A DNA stretch of 64,000 bases, taken from an uncultured Chloroflexia bacterium. GTDB lineage: Bacteria > Chloroflexota > Anaerolineae > Anaerolineales > UBA4823. Made by a program: the position numbers and the translations under genes. The notes under the pieces are model-generated. The model was not told the DNA's origin. It made no database searches and was given only the letters and a program-made list of their open reading frames with translations. The first letter of the stretch is position 1; each line of letters opens with the position of its first letter. Location: contig CAVZNX010000017.1 in NCBI GenBank assembly GCA_963776795.1, positions 44,145-108,144 on the forward strand. Direction: 5' to 3'. This document shows, in pieces, positions 48,635 through 58,690 of this stretch.

Positions 48635-50356
48635 GTGTATATTAATTCGAAAGGAAAACTGGATACTGTGAAGATTAATAGATCCAATTTACCCAATGAT
48701 ATCGTTGCCGGCCTGACGTTTGCCCTGGTGAATATTCCGCAGTCCATGGCGCATGCATTGTTGGCGGCTGTTAATCCTGTATTTGGCCTATACACCCTCA
48801 TGCTGGCAACCCCGATCGGGGCGCTCTTTACCAGCGCGATATTCATGAATATTTCGACGACCAGCGCATTGGCAGTGGCTGCTGGTGATACGATGATCAA
48901 TTACCCAGAAAGCTCACAGATAACGGTCCTGGCGACCTTGGTGGTCATGATCGGTATATTCCAGGTTCTGATGGGGGTATTCCGCCTGGGATGGATCACA
49001 CGTTTTATCCCGTTTTCGGTGATGACTGGTTTTATGACCGGGGTTGCGGTGATGATCATTATTGGCCAGCTCGGTGACTTCACTGGATATTACAGCTCTT
49101 ACTCAGGCAAGATCGTCCAATTAGCTGATCTGATCGTAAATTGGCAATCCATCGCATGGTCAACTTTAGCGATCGGCCTGATAACCATCTTGCTGATCTA
49201 TGGACTGGGGAAAACGCGCCTCTCCAAGTTTTCGCTGATCCTGGCCCTGGTGTTGGCTTCCGGCATAGCGATCCTTCTGAATTACGCTTTCGCGGCCGAT
49301 ATAAGGCTGGTAAAAGATATTTCCGAAGTTCCACGTTCCCTTCCCAGCCTGGTCTTACCATCCCCTTCACTCATCGCGGCTCTGATCATTCCGGCGATCG
49401 CGGTCGGTATCATTGGTCTGGTGCAGGGCGCAGGCGTGAGCCAGACCTTTCCCAACCCGGATGGCAAATTTTCAAATGTATCGCGTGATTTTCTGGGTCA
49501 GGGTGCAGCGAATATCGCTGCAGGCTTCTTTGGTGGTATCCCAGCCGGTGGATCCAGCTCAGGATCAGCGCTCATGGTTAGCGCAGGAGCCCGCTCACGT
49601 TGGGCAAACATCTTTGGCGGTATCGCGGTGGCCCTGGTGGTTTTATTGTTCGCCGACGTGGTCGAGCTGGTTGCCATGCCTGCCCTGGCTGGATTAGTTA
49701 TTGTAGCAGGTATCCAGATGATAAATATGAATGCCATCCAAACGGTATGGCAGACGAACAACGTTTCTCGATGGATCATGTTAATCACATTGGGCTCGAC
49801 GCTGATCATGCCATTGCAGTATGCGGTTCTGTTGGGTGTAGCGATCTCGATCCTGCTTTTTGTTTTTCAGCAGTCGAATAAGATCCGGGTCGTTGAATGG
49901 GTTGTAGGAGAAACCGGCTGGCCGGTTGAACGCACTGTGCCGAAGAAATTAAAATCCGAAAAAGTGACCGTGTTGTTTGTTTATGGAAATCTTTTTTACG
50001 CGGCTGCCGATACCTTCGAAAAAAGCCTCCCCGCAATTGAAAACGCTCGTCGTCCGGTTGTGATCCTGCTGCTGCGCGGCTATGAAGATATTGGCAGTAC
50101 CGTGGCTGAAGTATTACGGCGTTATACACAGGCCCTACAAGCCAATCAGGGCAAGCTGATGCTGGCTGGAGTATCCAAGGTCTTACGTGCTCAGCTGCAG
50201 CGTACCGGGATGCTGGAGCTGATCGGCAAGGAAAACATCTTCCCAGAAACCAAAACCATTGGCGAATCAGGCAATGCTGCACTGAAGGCAGCCACAGATT
50301 GGTTGAATGTGACAACAATTGAGAGCAAAACACCGCCTGGTCAGGAAGAGGTGTGA
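48635..50356 (+). CDS. SulP-family anion transporter with STAS domain (3 of 3)
   Basis: 573-aa ORF; GTG start uncertain (alternative GTG at 48668). Confidence 0.8.
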   Translation: MYINSKGKLDTVKINRSNLPNDIVAGLTFALVNIPQSMAHALLAAVNPVFGLYTLMLATPIGALFTSAIFMNISTTSALAVAAGDTMINYPESSQITVLATLVVMIGIFQVLMGVFRLGWITRFIPFSVMTGFMTGVAVMIIIGQLGDFTGYYSSYSGKIVQLADLIVNWQSIAWSTLAIGLITILLIYGLGKTRLSKFSLILALVLASGIAILLNYAFAADIRLVKDISEVPRSLPSLVLPSPSLIAALIIPAIAVGIIGLVQGAGVSQTFPNPDGKFSNVSRDFLGQGAANIAAGFFGGIPAGGSSSGSALMVSAGARSRWANIFGGIAVALVVLLFADVVELVAMPALAGLVIVAGIQMINMNAIQTVWQTNNVSRWIMLITLGSTLIMPLQYAVLLGVAISILLFVFQQSNKIRVVEWVVGETGWPVERTVPKKLKSEKVTVLFVYGNLFYAAADTFEKSLPAIENARRPVVILLLRGYEDIGSTVAEVLRRYTQALQANQGKLMLAGVSKVLRAQLQRTGMLELIGKENIFPETKTIGESGNAALKAATDWLNVTTIESKTPPGQEEV

Positions 50357-51216
50357 TGGATAGACGACCTTCGCTGATCGAGTTTGGTAAAGAAGTATAT
50401 AAAATCTGGGTGACTGAAAAGCCCAATCAACTGGCAGCGGCATTGGCGTATTTTGGGATGTTCTCATTTGCTGCAGTGATCTATATCGCCTTTCGGTTAG
50501 CCGGCATTTTTATTGATGAAGCTGCTGCTGCGGAACGTTTTTATACCCGCATTGCGACCGTCCTGGGTACGGAGACCGCAACCTTCATCCAGAATTCGGT
50601 CGTGGCATTGTCATCAACTAATACAGGCAGCTCTCCCCTTGTGACCATCGTGAGTCTGGTATCGCTTCTGCTTGCTGCAATGGGGTTGTTCCTGCAGCTT
50701 AAATATGTCTTGAACAGGATTTGGCAGGTTCCGCTCATTCAGAGCGGACAGAGGTTCGCCCTCATCCGGCGTTATTTCTTCGCATTTATCGTTGTCATCG
50801 CTTTGGGCTTATTGATCATCCTGGGGACAGTCTTAAGTGCGGTCCTGGCCTGGTTCGGCTCTGTCGCTAGCCAGTATATAAGCGGGAGCTACTGGTTATT
50901 GGTTTTGGAAATACTGGCCTTAATTGGTGTGAATGTCTTAGCCAATGCTTTCATGTACAAAGTGCTACCGGATGTGAAACTATCGTGGCGAGATGTCTGG
51001 TTAGGATCTGTCATCGCTACGCTCCTGTTTGTTATTGGAGGGGTGGTAATCGGGTTATATTTTAAGATCGCCGGGGTCGGCTCAGCTTTTGAAGCAGCTG
51101 GGGCGTTTGCCGTTGTGTTGATCGCGATCTACTATTTCGCACAAATATTCTTAATGGGTGCTTTGATCACCCGGGTCTATGCTCGCAGGTACGGCTCGCT
51201 GCGCGAGTCGATGTAA
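50356..51216 (+). CDS. YihY/BrkB-family membrane protein
   Basis: ATG 50356 overlaps the SulP stop (TGATG). LAAALAYFGMFSFAAVIYI.. pattern, 6 TM. Confidence 0.8.
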   Translation: MDRRPSLIEFGKEVYKIWVTEKPNQLAAALAYFGMFSFAAVIYIAFRLAGIFIDEAAAAERFYTRIATVLGTETATFIQNSVVALSSTNTGSSPLVTIVSLVSLLLAAMGLFLQLKYVLNRIWQVPLIQSGQRFALIRRYFFAFIVVIALGLLIILGTVLSAVLAWFGSVASQYISGSYWLLVLEILALIGVNVLANAFMYKVLPDVKLSWRDVWLGSVIATLLFVIGGVVIGLYFKIAGVGSAFEAAGAFAVVLIAIYYFAQIFLMGALITRVYARRYGSLRESM

Positions 51217-51287
51217 TTCTCGATAGCCATGATGAGCTGGTCCTGAATATTTCTACCAGACGGAAAAGATCGTAAAGGAGAATCGAA

Positions 51288-51674
51288 ATGAAGAATCAAC
51301 GGAGTACCTTATTGATTGTAATCATACTTATGCTCATTTTATCAGGTTGCGGGCGTGACCTTTCCACACCATCGAACCGACTGGTTGGGCATTGGGTAGC
51401 AGATACAGCCATAAAAACAGAATATTATTACAGCGAGATCGATGCTAAGACCAAGGTCGGAACCCTGACAGAGTATGATCCGCGCAGTGGTACGGAGATT
51501 GTTTGTAAGTATGACTTTTTTACCGAAGTGCCGAATGGAGAAAATGTATCTCTGGAGGAAGCCTGTCCAGGAGATATTGCTGCGATTGTTGAATATGTTG
51601 TCAAAGAAGATGGCACCAGTGCATTGAGGGCGTCAACCAGATTAAATTACGTTGATGATAAAACCAAACCATAA
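51288..51674 (+). CDS. small lipoprotein, unknown function
   Basis: Signal peptide with lipobox LSGC. SD AAAGGAG. Confidence 0.65.
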   Translation: MKNQRSTLLIVIILMLILSGCGRDLSTPSNRLVGHWVADTAIKTEYYYSEIDAKTKVGTLTEYDPRSGTEIVCKYDFFTEVPNGENVSLEEACPGDIAAIVEYVVKEDGTSALRASTRLNYVDDKTKP

Positions 51675-51919
51675 GCTTGTGCGGCTCAGAATAGACGCGG
51701 AAGAAATTCGTAGCTTAATTGCCTTGGCTATAGATGTAAATTTCCCGTTTATTCAGAATTGACAAATAACACATCGACCAAACAGGTTTACCAAAGAAGT
51801 TCTTTGGATGAGTGAAACACCCAAGCAAGGTTTCTTGACTAGGGGATAGAAAGAGATAAAAATCGATAATATTATTTTTGGTGGCAATCGTTGCACCAAG
51901 TCCCCCATTGAACAGGGTT

Positions 51920-52027
51920 ATGGAACGCCGCCCCTTGCTTTATAAGATCGTGGATCAGGTGCTTTCTGAGCAAATTTCCCGCAACAATTTGGCAATCGGG
52001 GATTTATTGGCCAATTATTCAGTGTAA
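51920..52027 (+). pseudogene. possible relic of a GntR-family regulator N-terminus (35 codons)
   Basis: MERRPLLYKIVDQVLSEQISRNNLAIGDLLANYSV* resembles the PLY.QI...L...I..G.L..GD.LP start of GntR HTH domains and then stops. No SD. Confidence 0.3.
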
Positions 52028-52058
52028 TTCTTTTGTAGCTTATTCTATGATTAGTGTA

Positions 52059-52087
52059 TTGAGCCAGTAAGTGATTTAAGGTAAAAT
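52059..52087 (+). promoter_or_regulatory. candidate sigma70-type promoter for LuxR copy B
   Basis: TTGAGC-17 nt-TAAAAT, ending 27 nt before ATG 52114. The TTAAGG(C/T)AAAATA(C/T)TG stretch is also present before copy A (about 27420-27436). Confidence 0.3.
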
Positions 52088-52113
52088 ATTGTGCTGTAGT
52101 TCATTCAAACACC

Positions 52114-54862
52114 ATGTCCAACCAAAATCAAATCCTCCTGCAGACCAAGCTACACCGACCACGCCTGCCGCGTAATCTGATCGTACGCGAACGGCTGAAG
52201 GGAGAGTTCAACCAGGTACTTGACCACCAGCTTACCCTGGTCTGTGCACCAGCTGGATTTGGTAAAACCACCCTGGTGTGCACCTGGCTCGAGCGGATGG
52301 AATACTGGTAACGCTATGGCAGATGGCGAAAAATCCGCTGCCTGGCTGTCGCTGGATGAGAGCGATAGCGATCTCCACCTTTTTATACGCTATTTCATTG
52401 CCGCACTGCGCACAATCTTCAAGGAAGCCTGTGTGGAAACCCTGGCTTTACTACAGGCGCGGCAGCAACCACCCGAGGCAGCCCTTTACGCCACGCTCAG
52501 TAATGAGCTTGCAGCGCTTTCCGAAGAGGCGATCCTCGTCCTGGATGACTACCACACTATTCGCGGCACCCAGGTGCACAATCTGCTGATCGAATTGGCG
52601 CGGCACTGGCCAAGACCGCTGCATATGGTGCTGATCTCACGCATTGAGCCGCCATTACCGCTCCCCAGTTTACGAGCCAAGGGGATGCTGCATGAGATTC
52701 GCACACAGAATCTGCGCTTTACCCCAGAGGAGACCGCTGCCTATCTGAACCGGTCGGAATTAACCCTACATAGCCAGAAGGACTTGCACCTCGTGGAAGA
52801 GCGCTTCGAAGGATGGCCGGCTGGCTTGCATCTGGCAGCCCTTTCATTGCGTTCTGCCGACAGCCGGGAAGCTGTTCTGTCGGTTTTGTCCGGCGAGAAT
52901 CCTAACGTCACCGGTTACCTGATCGATGAGGTACTATCCCACCAGTTTCAGGCCATCAACTCGTTTTTGATCCACACGTCCATCCTGGATCGCTTTTGTG
53001 CTCCGCTATGCGAAGCCATCCTGGGGGAGGTCGACCCCGCCTGGAATGCGCGCGCCTGCCTGGATTGGATCGAACGCGCTGAGCTGTTCATCACTCCCCT
53101 GGACGAGCGCCGGGAATGGTACCGCTATCACCATCTATTCCAGGAATCGCTGCAACAAAGATTGTCAGCTGAGATGAGACCTGACCAGGTGTCGGACTTA
53201 CATTGCCGGGCTTCAGTCTGGTTCGAAAAACATGGGCTTATCGATGACGCTTTGCATCACGCCCTGGTAGCTGGGGACCTGGATCTGGCTGCGCGCCAGA
53301 TGAATGCCGGATTGCGCGAGGTGATCAACCGTGAGGATTGGCCGACACTGGATCGCTGGCTGCGCCAGCTACCTGAAGAGTTGATCAAGCAGCACCCAGA
53401 ACTATTAATCATACGAGCCTGGATATTAAATTTTTTATGGAGACTTGATCTTCAAGCCCAGGTTGTCCAGCACATCGTTGAATTACTCGATTCAGAAGTC
53501 GGTGCAAAGTTACCGGCGGAAGACCAGCAAATCTTGCGCGGTCAAGTCCTCATGCTCAGGGCTCAGTTTGCTTATTTTGGCAATCAGGTCGAAGATGCAT
53601 TGGTTCTGTCAAAGGAATCGTTAGCACTCCTACCTAATTCGTGGACATTTGCTCGCGGCGCAGCGATATTGTATCTGGGGTTATCCTTGCAAGCCAATGG
53701 GCAGATACACGAAGCTGAAAAGCTATTGCTCGATGAATATGAGGCTTGCAGCGATAAGACAGACATCTATCCCCTGGTCATCCTGCAGACCTTGGGATAC
53801 ATCTATCTCTGGACATGCCAGCATGAGAAAGCCAGGCAAATTGGGCAGGTGCTGATCCAAGGGGCAACCAGTAGCGGGATTATAACCATGAAGAATTGGG
53901 GGGAATATTATCTTGGTATGGTGTGTTATCAAAGTAATGATTTGGAAGCGGCGAACCAGTACTTTACCGAGATAGTTAAAAATCGATTTATAGCCCATGC
54001 GGCTGCGTACCGCGATGCCGTCGCCGGTCTGGCGTTAATCCACCAGATCAGAGGGGAGCATTCTGAAGCCTACCAGATGATTGAGACAATCAGCCAGACT
54101 GACTTTGAGGAGACAGGCACTGAAACCAGCCAAACAAGCGCGCTGCGTGCCAGGCTGATGCTGTTGGGAGGCGATCTCGAGAGCGCTCACCGCTGGGTTG
54201 ACACCTTCAACGATCCACCACCGAACCAACCTATCATCTGGCTGGAAGAACCACAGGTGACCCGGGCACATATCCTGGTGGCGATTGGTACAGATGCCGA
54301 TGTGCACCAGGCGTTACAAATATTGGACGTCCTGTTTGAGATCACCGAGCGGACCCATAACACGCGTTACAAGATTGAGATCCTGGCATTGCGCGCCCTG
54401 GCGCTGGATACGCAAGGGGAAACCAGCCAGGCGGAATCCACTTTGATCGAGGCGGTAAACCTGGCCCGAGCGGGGGGTCTCATCCGGGTTTTCGTTGACA
54501 TGGGGGAACCCATGCGGAAGATCCTCTACCGGCTTAAAAAACCAGACCATGCCTTGGGATTTATTCGCAGCATCCTGGCGGCATTTCCGGTGAATGAGAA
54601 ATTTCTAGCCAGCTACGAGAGGGTAAAGCGTCCACCAGCGGCCGGCAACTTAACTTTAGCTCAACCATTGACTCCCCGTGAGCTGGAAGTGCTGAACTTA
54701 TTGCGCGGGCCAATGAGCATCAAAGAGATCGCCCTCACACTCAATATTTCCTCTGAAACTGTCAAACGCCATACAGCCAATATCTATGGGAAGCTAGGCG
54801 TCAACCAACGCAGGAATGCAGTGGCAAGGGCTGAAGAATTGGACATTTTATCTCCACGCTGA
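52114..54862 (+). CDS. MalT-like LuxR-family regulator, copy B, split by an apparent 1-nt insertion near 52295-52311
   Basis: ORF 52114..52311 carries ..CAPAGFGKTTLVCTWLERM and stops. The +1 frame ORF continues NAMADGEKSAAWLSLDESDSD.., collinear with copy A. LuxR HTH at the C-terminus. Confidence 0.85.
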
Positions 54863-54965
54863 GCTCTTTTCCCGGTCTATAACTCCAAGGTTCTACACAT
54901 TAACTACATACTAATTACTACTTTAGGGGGTGTTTTTGCACGCCACAATAGACTATCATCTCTTT

Positions 54966-55223
54966 ATGATGAGCATACAAACCAAAAAACCCATCCCCTT
55001 TGATATCCCTGCTCGCTACCGGATTACCGTGCAAGGCCGGATTGACACAGCCATGTCTGATTTTCTGGGAGGTATGGCGATCTCCCCGGCAACGACAGAA
55101 GCAGGTCACACGGTCACAACATTATCTGGCGAGCTTAGTGACCAGGCTGCCCTGGCTGGTGTGCTCAACATGCTCTATGAGCTGCATTTAACAGTACTTT
55201 CGGTGAAGCGCCTGGATAGTTGA
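54966..55223 (+). CDS. DQAAL-motif small protein, copy B
   Basis: MMSIQTKKPIPFDIPARYRITVQG...LSGELSDQAALAGVLNMLYELHLTVLSV parallels 30332..30604. Confidence 0.6.
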   Translation: MMSIQTKKPIPFDIPARYRITVQGRIDTAMSDFLGGMAISPATTEAGHTVTTLSGELSDQAALAGVLNMLYELHLTVLSVKRLDS

Positions 55224-55346
55224 TCGTTTTATGCGTAAATTTGATCAACGCCATCATCCTGGTCTATATCATGCTGCCTGGCGTTAGCATGAATCCGATG
55301 TAGACTGCTATCAGCGAACATAAACACATAAGAAAGGAGAAATTTC

Positions 55347-55670
55347 ATGAGACGAGGAAGAGGAATAGGCGGCCCTGGAAGGGGCCCTGGAAGAAGGATG
55401 GTCGTGCGCAGGCATCGCCGGATGCGCCGGCGCATGCGCCGAAGAATGATCATCGGCGGTGCAGTGCTAGTTGCTGCGGGTACCAGTGCGGTCAAATTAA
55501 GCCAGAGTGAAGTACAACAGATCGAACAATCCACCGGTCAGAAGGCTGAGAATCTGTCTGAAGAACAACTGGATGCTGCCATGAACGATCTCGGCATCGA
55601 AGGCCAGGAGCCGACCGACCAGGAAATTGCTGCGCTTGAAGCGGAAGAAGATAAGAACCCCTCCGTCTGA
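55347..55670 (+). CDS. 107-aa protein with an Arg-rich N-terminus, a Gly-zipper hydrophobic segment and an acidic tail
   Basis: SD AAAGGAG. MRRGRGIGGPGRGPGRRMVVRRHRRMRRRMRRRMIIGGAVLVAAGTSAV.. has the same N-terminal architecture as the SHOCT proteins. Confidence 0.6.
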   Translation: MRRGRGIGGPGRGPGRRMVVRRHRRMRRRMRRRMIIGGAVLVAAGTSAVKLSQSEVQQIEQSTGQKAENLSEEQLDAAMNDLGIEGQEPTDQEIAALEAEEDKNPSV

Positions 55671-55699
55671 AGCAAAAAAACGGATAACTAGGAGAAATT

Positions 55700-57217
55700 A
55701 TGAAAAGGAAGCAACAAACAAAACACGGGTTATTGGTATTTAGCCTGGTGATCATCGGAGTCTTGATTTTGAGCTCCTGTGCTCCGGCACCGACACCCAC
55801 AGCAGCACCCACGCAAGATGTGGCACTGATCCAGACCCAGTCAGCTCAAACCGTGGTGGCAGATCTTACCCAGAGTGCCCCACCCGCGACACAGGTCCCT
55901 CCCCCAACGGCAGCGCCAACCGAAACACCGGCACCTCCTGGCCCTACCCCCGATCCAAGTATCCCGGTGGCTGTGATCCCAACCCCTGCCTCTGGTGAAC
56001 CAGCTGCGATTGCCAACTACAATACGGTGATCTTCAGTGGTCCGGGAACCAATTATGTGGTTTACGCTGCCCTCCTGGGCGGTAAGACCGCCAAAGTAGT
56101 CGGGAAGAGCGAAGATGGCCTGTGGTGGGCGATCAGTGTACCTGTTGCCCCGACGGGATCAGGCTGGGTGAGTTCTGGCTGGGTGACCGTGAGCGGTGTA
56201 GATGGTGTGCCTGTGCTCCCCACCCCTCCAGTGCCGCCCACGACCGAGCTGGTCCCACCCGGTCCATCGGACCCGCAAGCATTGGTGCTTGCCAACGCGT
56301 ACGTACGCACCGGCCCAGCGATCAATTATCCAGCTTACGGTATAGCCCAGGCAGGCGCTACCGGCCGTGTCATCGGTAAAAGCGAGGATGGATTATGGTG
56401 GGTGGTAAGGCTCGATCCGGCGAAGATCGGCGCTGGCTATGGCTGGATAGATGGCGCATATACCCAGGCCAGCAATGTGGATAACGTCCAGACCATTGCC
56501 AACCCAACCGGATACCAGACTGCCCCACCCCCGCCTCCACCTACCGGTACGAGTGGACCTACTGCGACGGCCATCGACTATGTGAATGTACGCAGCGGCC
56601 CAGGGACCAATTACACCATTTTGGTCGTAGCACCACCAAATTCCACCGGCGAGGTAACTGGCAAGAGCTCGGATGGTCTCTGGTGGCAGGTCAAGATCTC
56701 CACCACCTACTCAGCCGATGGTTTAGGCTGGGTTTCGGCAGACTGGGTGATCACCCAAAATACGTCGAATGTACCGGTTGTAGCTGCACCTCCGCCTCCG
56801 CCAACCCCTCCACCTTCAGCGGCCACGCCGCCCCCAACCTCGGCAGCTCCAACGGCAGTACCACCGCCAGCTACTGGCATACCAAGCTGTGTGCTCGTAT
56901 CGCAGGATCCCGCGGATGGCACCGTCTTCAGCCCTGGAACAAGCTTCAACACCACCTGGGTGCTGCAGAACACGGGTACTGGCAACTGGGATATGGGTGA
57001 GGTCGATATCCGCTACATTGCGGCACAGAATAACATCCTGTTGCACCAGGGCTCCGATATCTACGATCTGACCAGCACCGTTGCACCCGGCCAGACCTAC
57101 AATTTCACCGTCCCGATGATCTCTCCGTTCGACCCGGGTTCTTATGGTGAGCTGTGGCAGGTCGCATGGGGCGGAAGCCTGTTATGTGAGTTCTATGTGT
57201 ACATCACTGTGCCTTAA
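55700..57217 (+). CDS. lipoprotein with Pro/Thr-rich linkers, repeated bacterial SH3-like domains and a C-terminal Ig-like (NBR1-like) domain
   Basis: Lipobox LSSC. Three to four units of the type N(Y/V)R.GPG..Y.......G....V.GKSEDGLWW.V. Domain names by resemblance only. Confidence 0.65.
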   Translation: MKRKQQTKHGLLVFSLVIIGVLILSSCAPAPTPTAAPTQDVALIQTQSAQTVVADLTQSAPPATQVPPPTAAPTETPAPPGPTPDPSIPVAVIPTPASGEPAAIANYNTVIFSGPGTNYVVYAALLGGKTAKVVGKSEDGLWWAISVPVAPTGSGWVSSGWVTVSGVDGVPVLPTPPVPPTTELVPPGPSDPQALVLANAYVRTGPAINYPAYGIAQAGATGRVIGKSEDGLWWVVRLDPAKIGAGYGWIDGAYTQASNVDNVQTIANPTGYQTAPPPPPPTGTSGPTATAIDYVNVRSGPGTNYTILVVAPPNSTGEVTGKSSDGLWWQVKISTTYSADGLGWVSADWVITQNTSNVPVVAAPPPPPTPPPSAATPPPTSAAPTAVPPPATGIPSCVLVSQDPADGTVFSPGTSFNTTWVLQNTGTGNWDMGEVDIRYIAAQNNILLHQGSDIYDLTSTVAPGQTYNFTVPMISPFDPGSYGELWQVAWGGSLLCEFYVYITVP

Positions 57218-57240
57218 CCAGGCCAGCGATTGAGTTCAAG

Positions 57241-57275
57241 ATGACCATTGAGATCTGACCGACCTCAATGGTCAT
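57241..57275 (+). terminator. hairpin after the SH3 lipoprotein gene
   Basis: 11-bp perfect stem atgaccattga/tcaatggtcat with a 13-nt loop, 24 nt after the stop. No U-tract. A second hairpin lies at 57283-57303. Confidence 0.35.
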
Positions 57276-57347
57276 CCATCGGGAATGCCAGGCTCTGGCA
57301 TTCAAAAGAGTAAATCATAACGAATTTGGTTTTGAGGAGAGAATATA

Positions 57348-57665
57348 ATGCCTTGTCTATTTGCACTCTTTGCTGGAATGTTCCCACGTTTGGCAGACAT
57401 CTTTATCTGGATCGCCCGCCCAACCATGTTCATGAATGCATTCAACGATAAATGGTGGTGGCCAGTGCTGGGGATCATCTTCTTGCCGTTCACCACGCTG
57501 ATGTACGCCATCATGGCATGGGGCGGGTCAATGGTAACGGGTTGGGACTGGCTGTGGATCATCCTGGCAGTATTCCTTGATCTTTCACACTATGCCCACA
57601 CCGCCTACAAAAACCGAGAAGCAATTCCCGGCTACACACCTGCTCCTACCCAGCCGGCAGCGTAA
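57348..57665 (+). CDS. 105-aa three-TM membrane protein, copy B
   Basis: Near-identical to the 31342..31659 product. Confidence 0.7.
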   Translation: MPCLFALFAGMFPRLADIFIWIARPTMFMNAFNDKWWWPVLGIIFLPFTTLMYAIMAWGGSMVTGWDWLWIILAVFLDLSHYAHTAYKNREAIPGYTPAPTQPAA

Positions 57666-57845
57666 TTCATCCGAGAATTCGGGCATATTTACTGTAATGT
57701 GCATTGCGGACAGAGGATAGATTTCGGTGGATAAAGTCCGATCGCCAGGCGTGAAACTTGAGCCGAGTGGTTGGGCTTTACCACCTCCCATCCCAATCAC
57801 CTTACTCCAATATCAGAAGTAGTTTTTACCAAAAGGAGAAATCCA

Positions 57846-58274
57846 ATGACATACGGTCCAATTGACTTTCTAGCCTTGGAATTCAAAGGCAACAAGTTTT
57901 CAGGTGAGATCCTCCCAGCTCTGCGAGAGCTGGTGGATAACAAGATCGTGCGGGTGATCGATTTAGTGATCATTAGGGTTGAGAATGGCAAATATCAAAC
58001 ACTCGAGCTGCAGCAGATGGATTCGGCCACGATCGCCATCTTCGACCCACTCCAGATCGAAGTCAATGGCATGATCCAGGTCGAAGATATCGAGATGATC
58101 AGCCAGGAGCTGGAAGACAACACCACGGCAGCCTTGCTGATGGTCGAAAACCTGTGGGCGATCAAGTTCGGCGAAGCTGTGCTCAGGGCGAATGGCCGGA
58201 TGGTGATGCATGAACGTATCCCCATGGAGACGGTCAATGAAGTCATGGAGATATTTGCCAAGGCTGAAGGATAA
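57846..58274 (+). CDS. DUF6325-like protein, copy B
   Basis: ATG 57846 with AAAAGGAG SD inside ORF 57771..58274. MTYGPIDFLALEFKGNKFSGEILPALRELV... Confidence 0.6.
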   Translation: MTYGPIDFLALEFKGNKFSGEILPALRELVDNKIVRVIDLVIIRVENGKYQTLELQQMDSATIAIFDPLQIEVNGMIQVEDIEMISQELEDNTTAALLMVENLWAIKFGEAVLRANGRMVMHERIPMETVNEVMEIFAKAEG

Positions 58275-58320
58275 CCAGTTTTTTTTATTTTTAGATAGAA
58301 ATATTGACCAGGAGGTCAAA

Positions 58321-58664
58321 ATGATGCGAAGACGTATGGTAGGAAGAAGTGTAGCACGAGTTGCGGTGGGTACGGCGGTCGTAGCGGGTACAGCCGGAGC
58401 GGTCCACCACCACCAGCAACAGAAATATGCCCAGCAAGATGCCGCGGCGCAACAACAGTATGACCAGGCTTATCAGCAGGGTGCAGCCGATGCGGCTGCA
58501 CAGCAGCCAGTTGCACCACCATCCCGCAGTATGCAGCTCCAGTAGCGCAGGCTCCTGCGGATGACTTGACTGCCAAATTACAGCAGCTGGCTGAGCTGCA
58601 CACAGCGGGTGTGCTGACCGATGAAGAGTTCACGGCTGCCAAGCAAAAATTGCTGGCAGGATGA
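58321..58664 (+). CDS. SHOCT-domain protein, copy B, interrupted by an apparent 1-nt deletion near 58515-58526
   Basis: ATG 58321 (SD GGAGG). ORF stops at 58545 (..PVAPPSRSMQLQ*), but the -1 frame reads ..PQYAAPVAQAPADDLTAKLQQLAELHTAGVLTDEEFTAAKQKLLAG* ending at 58664, collinear with copy A. Copy A has ccccc where B has tccc. Confidence 0.75.
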
Positions 58665-58690
58665 TCATTACCATAGAGAGGTTTAAGAAT

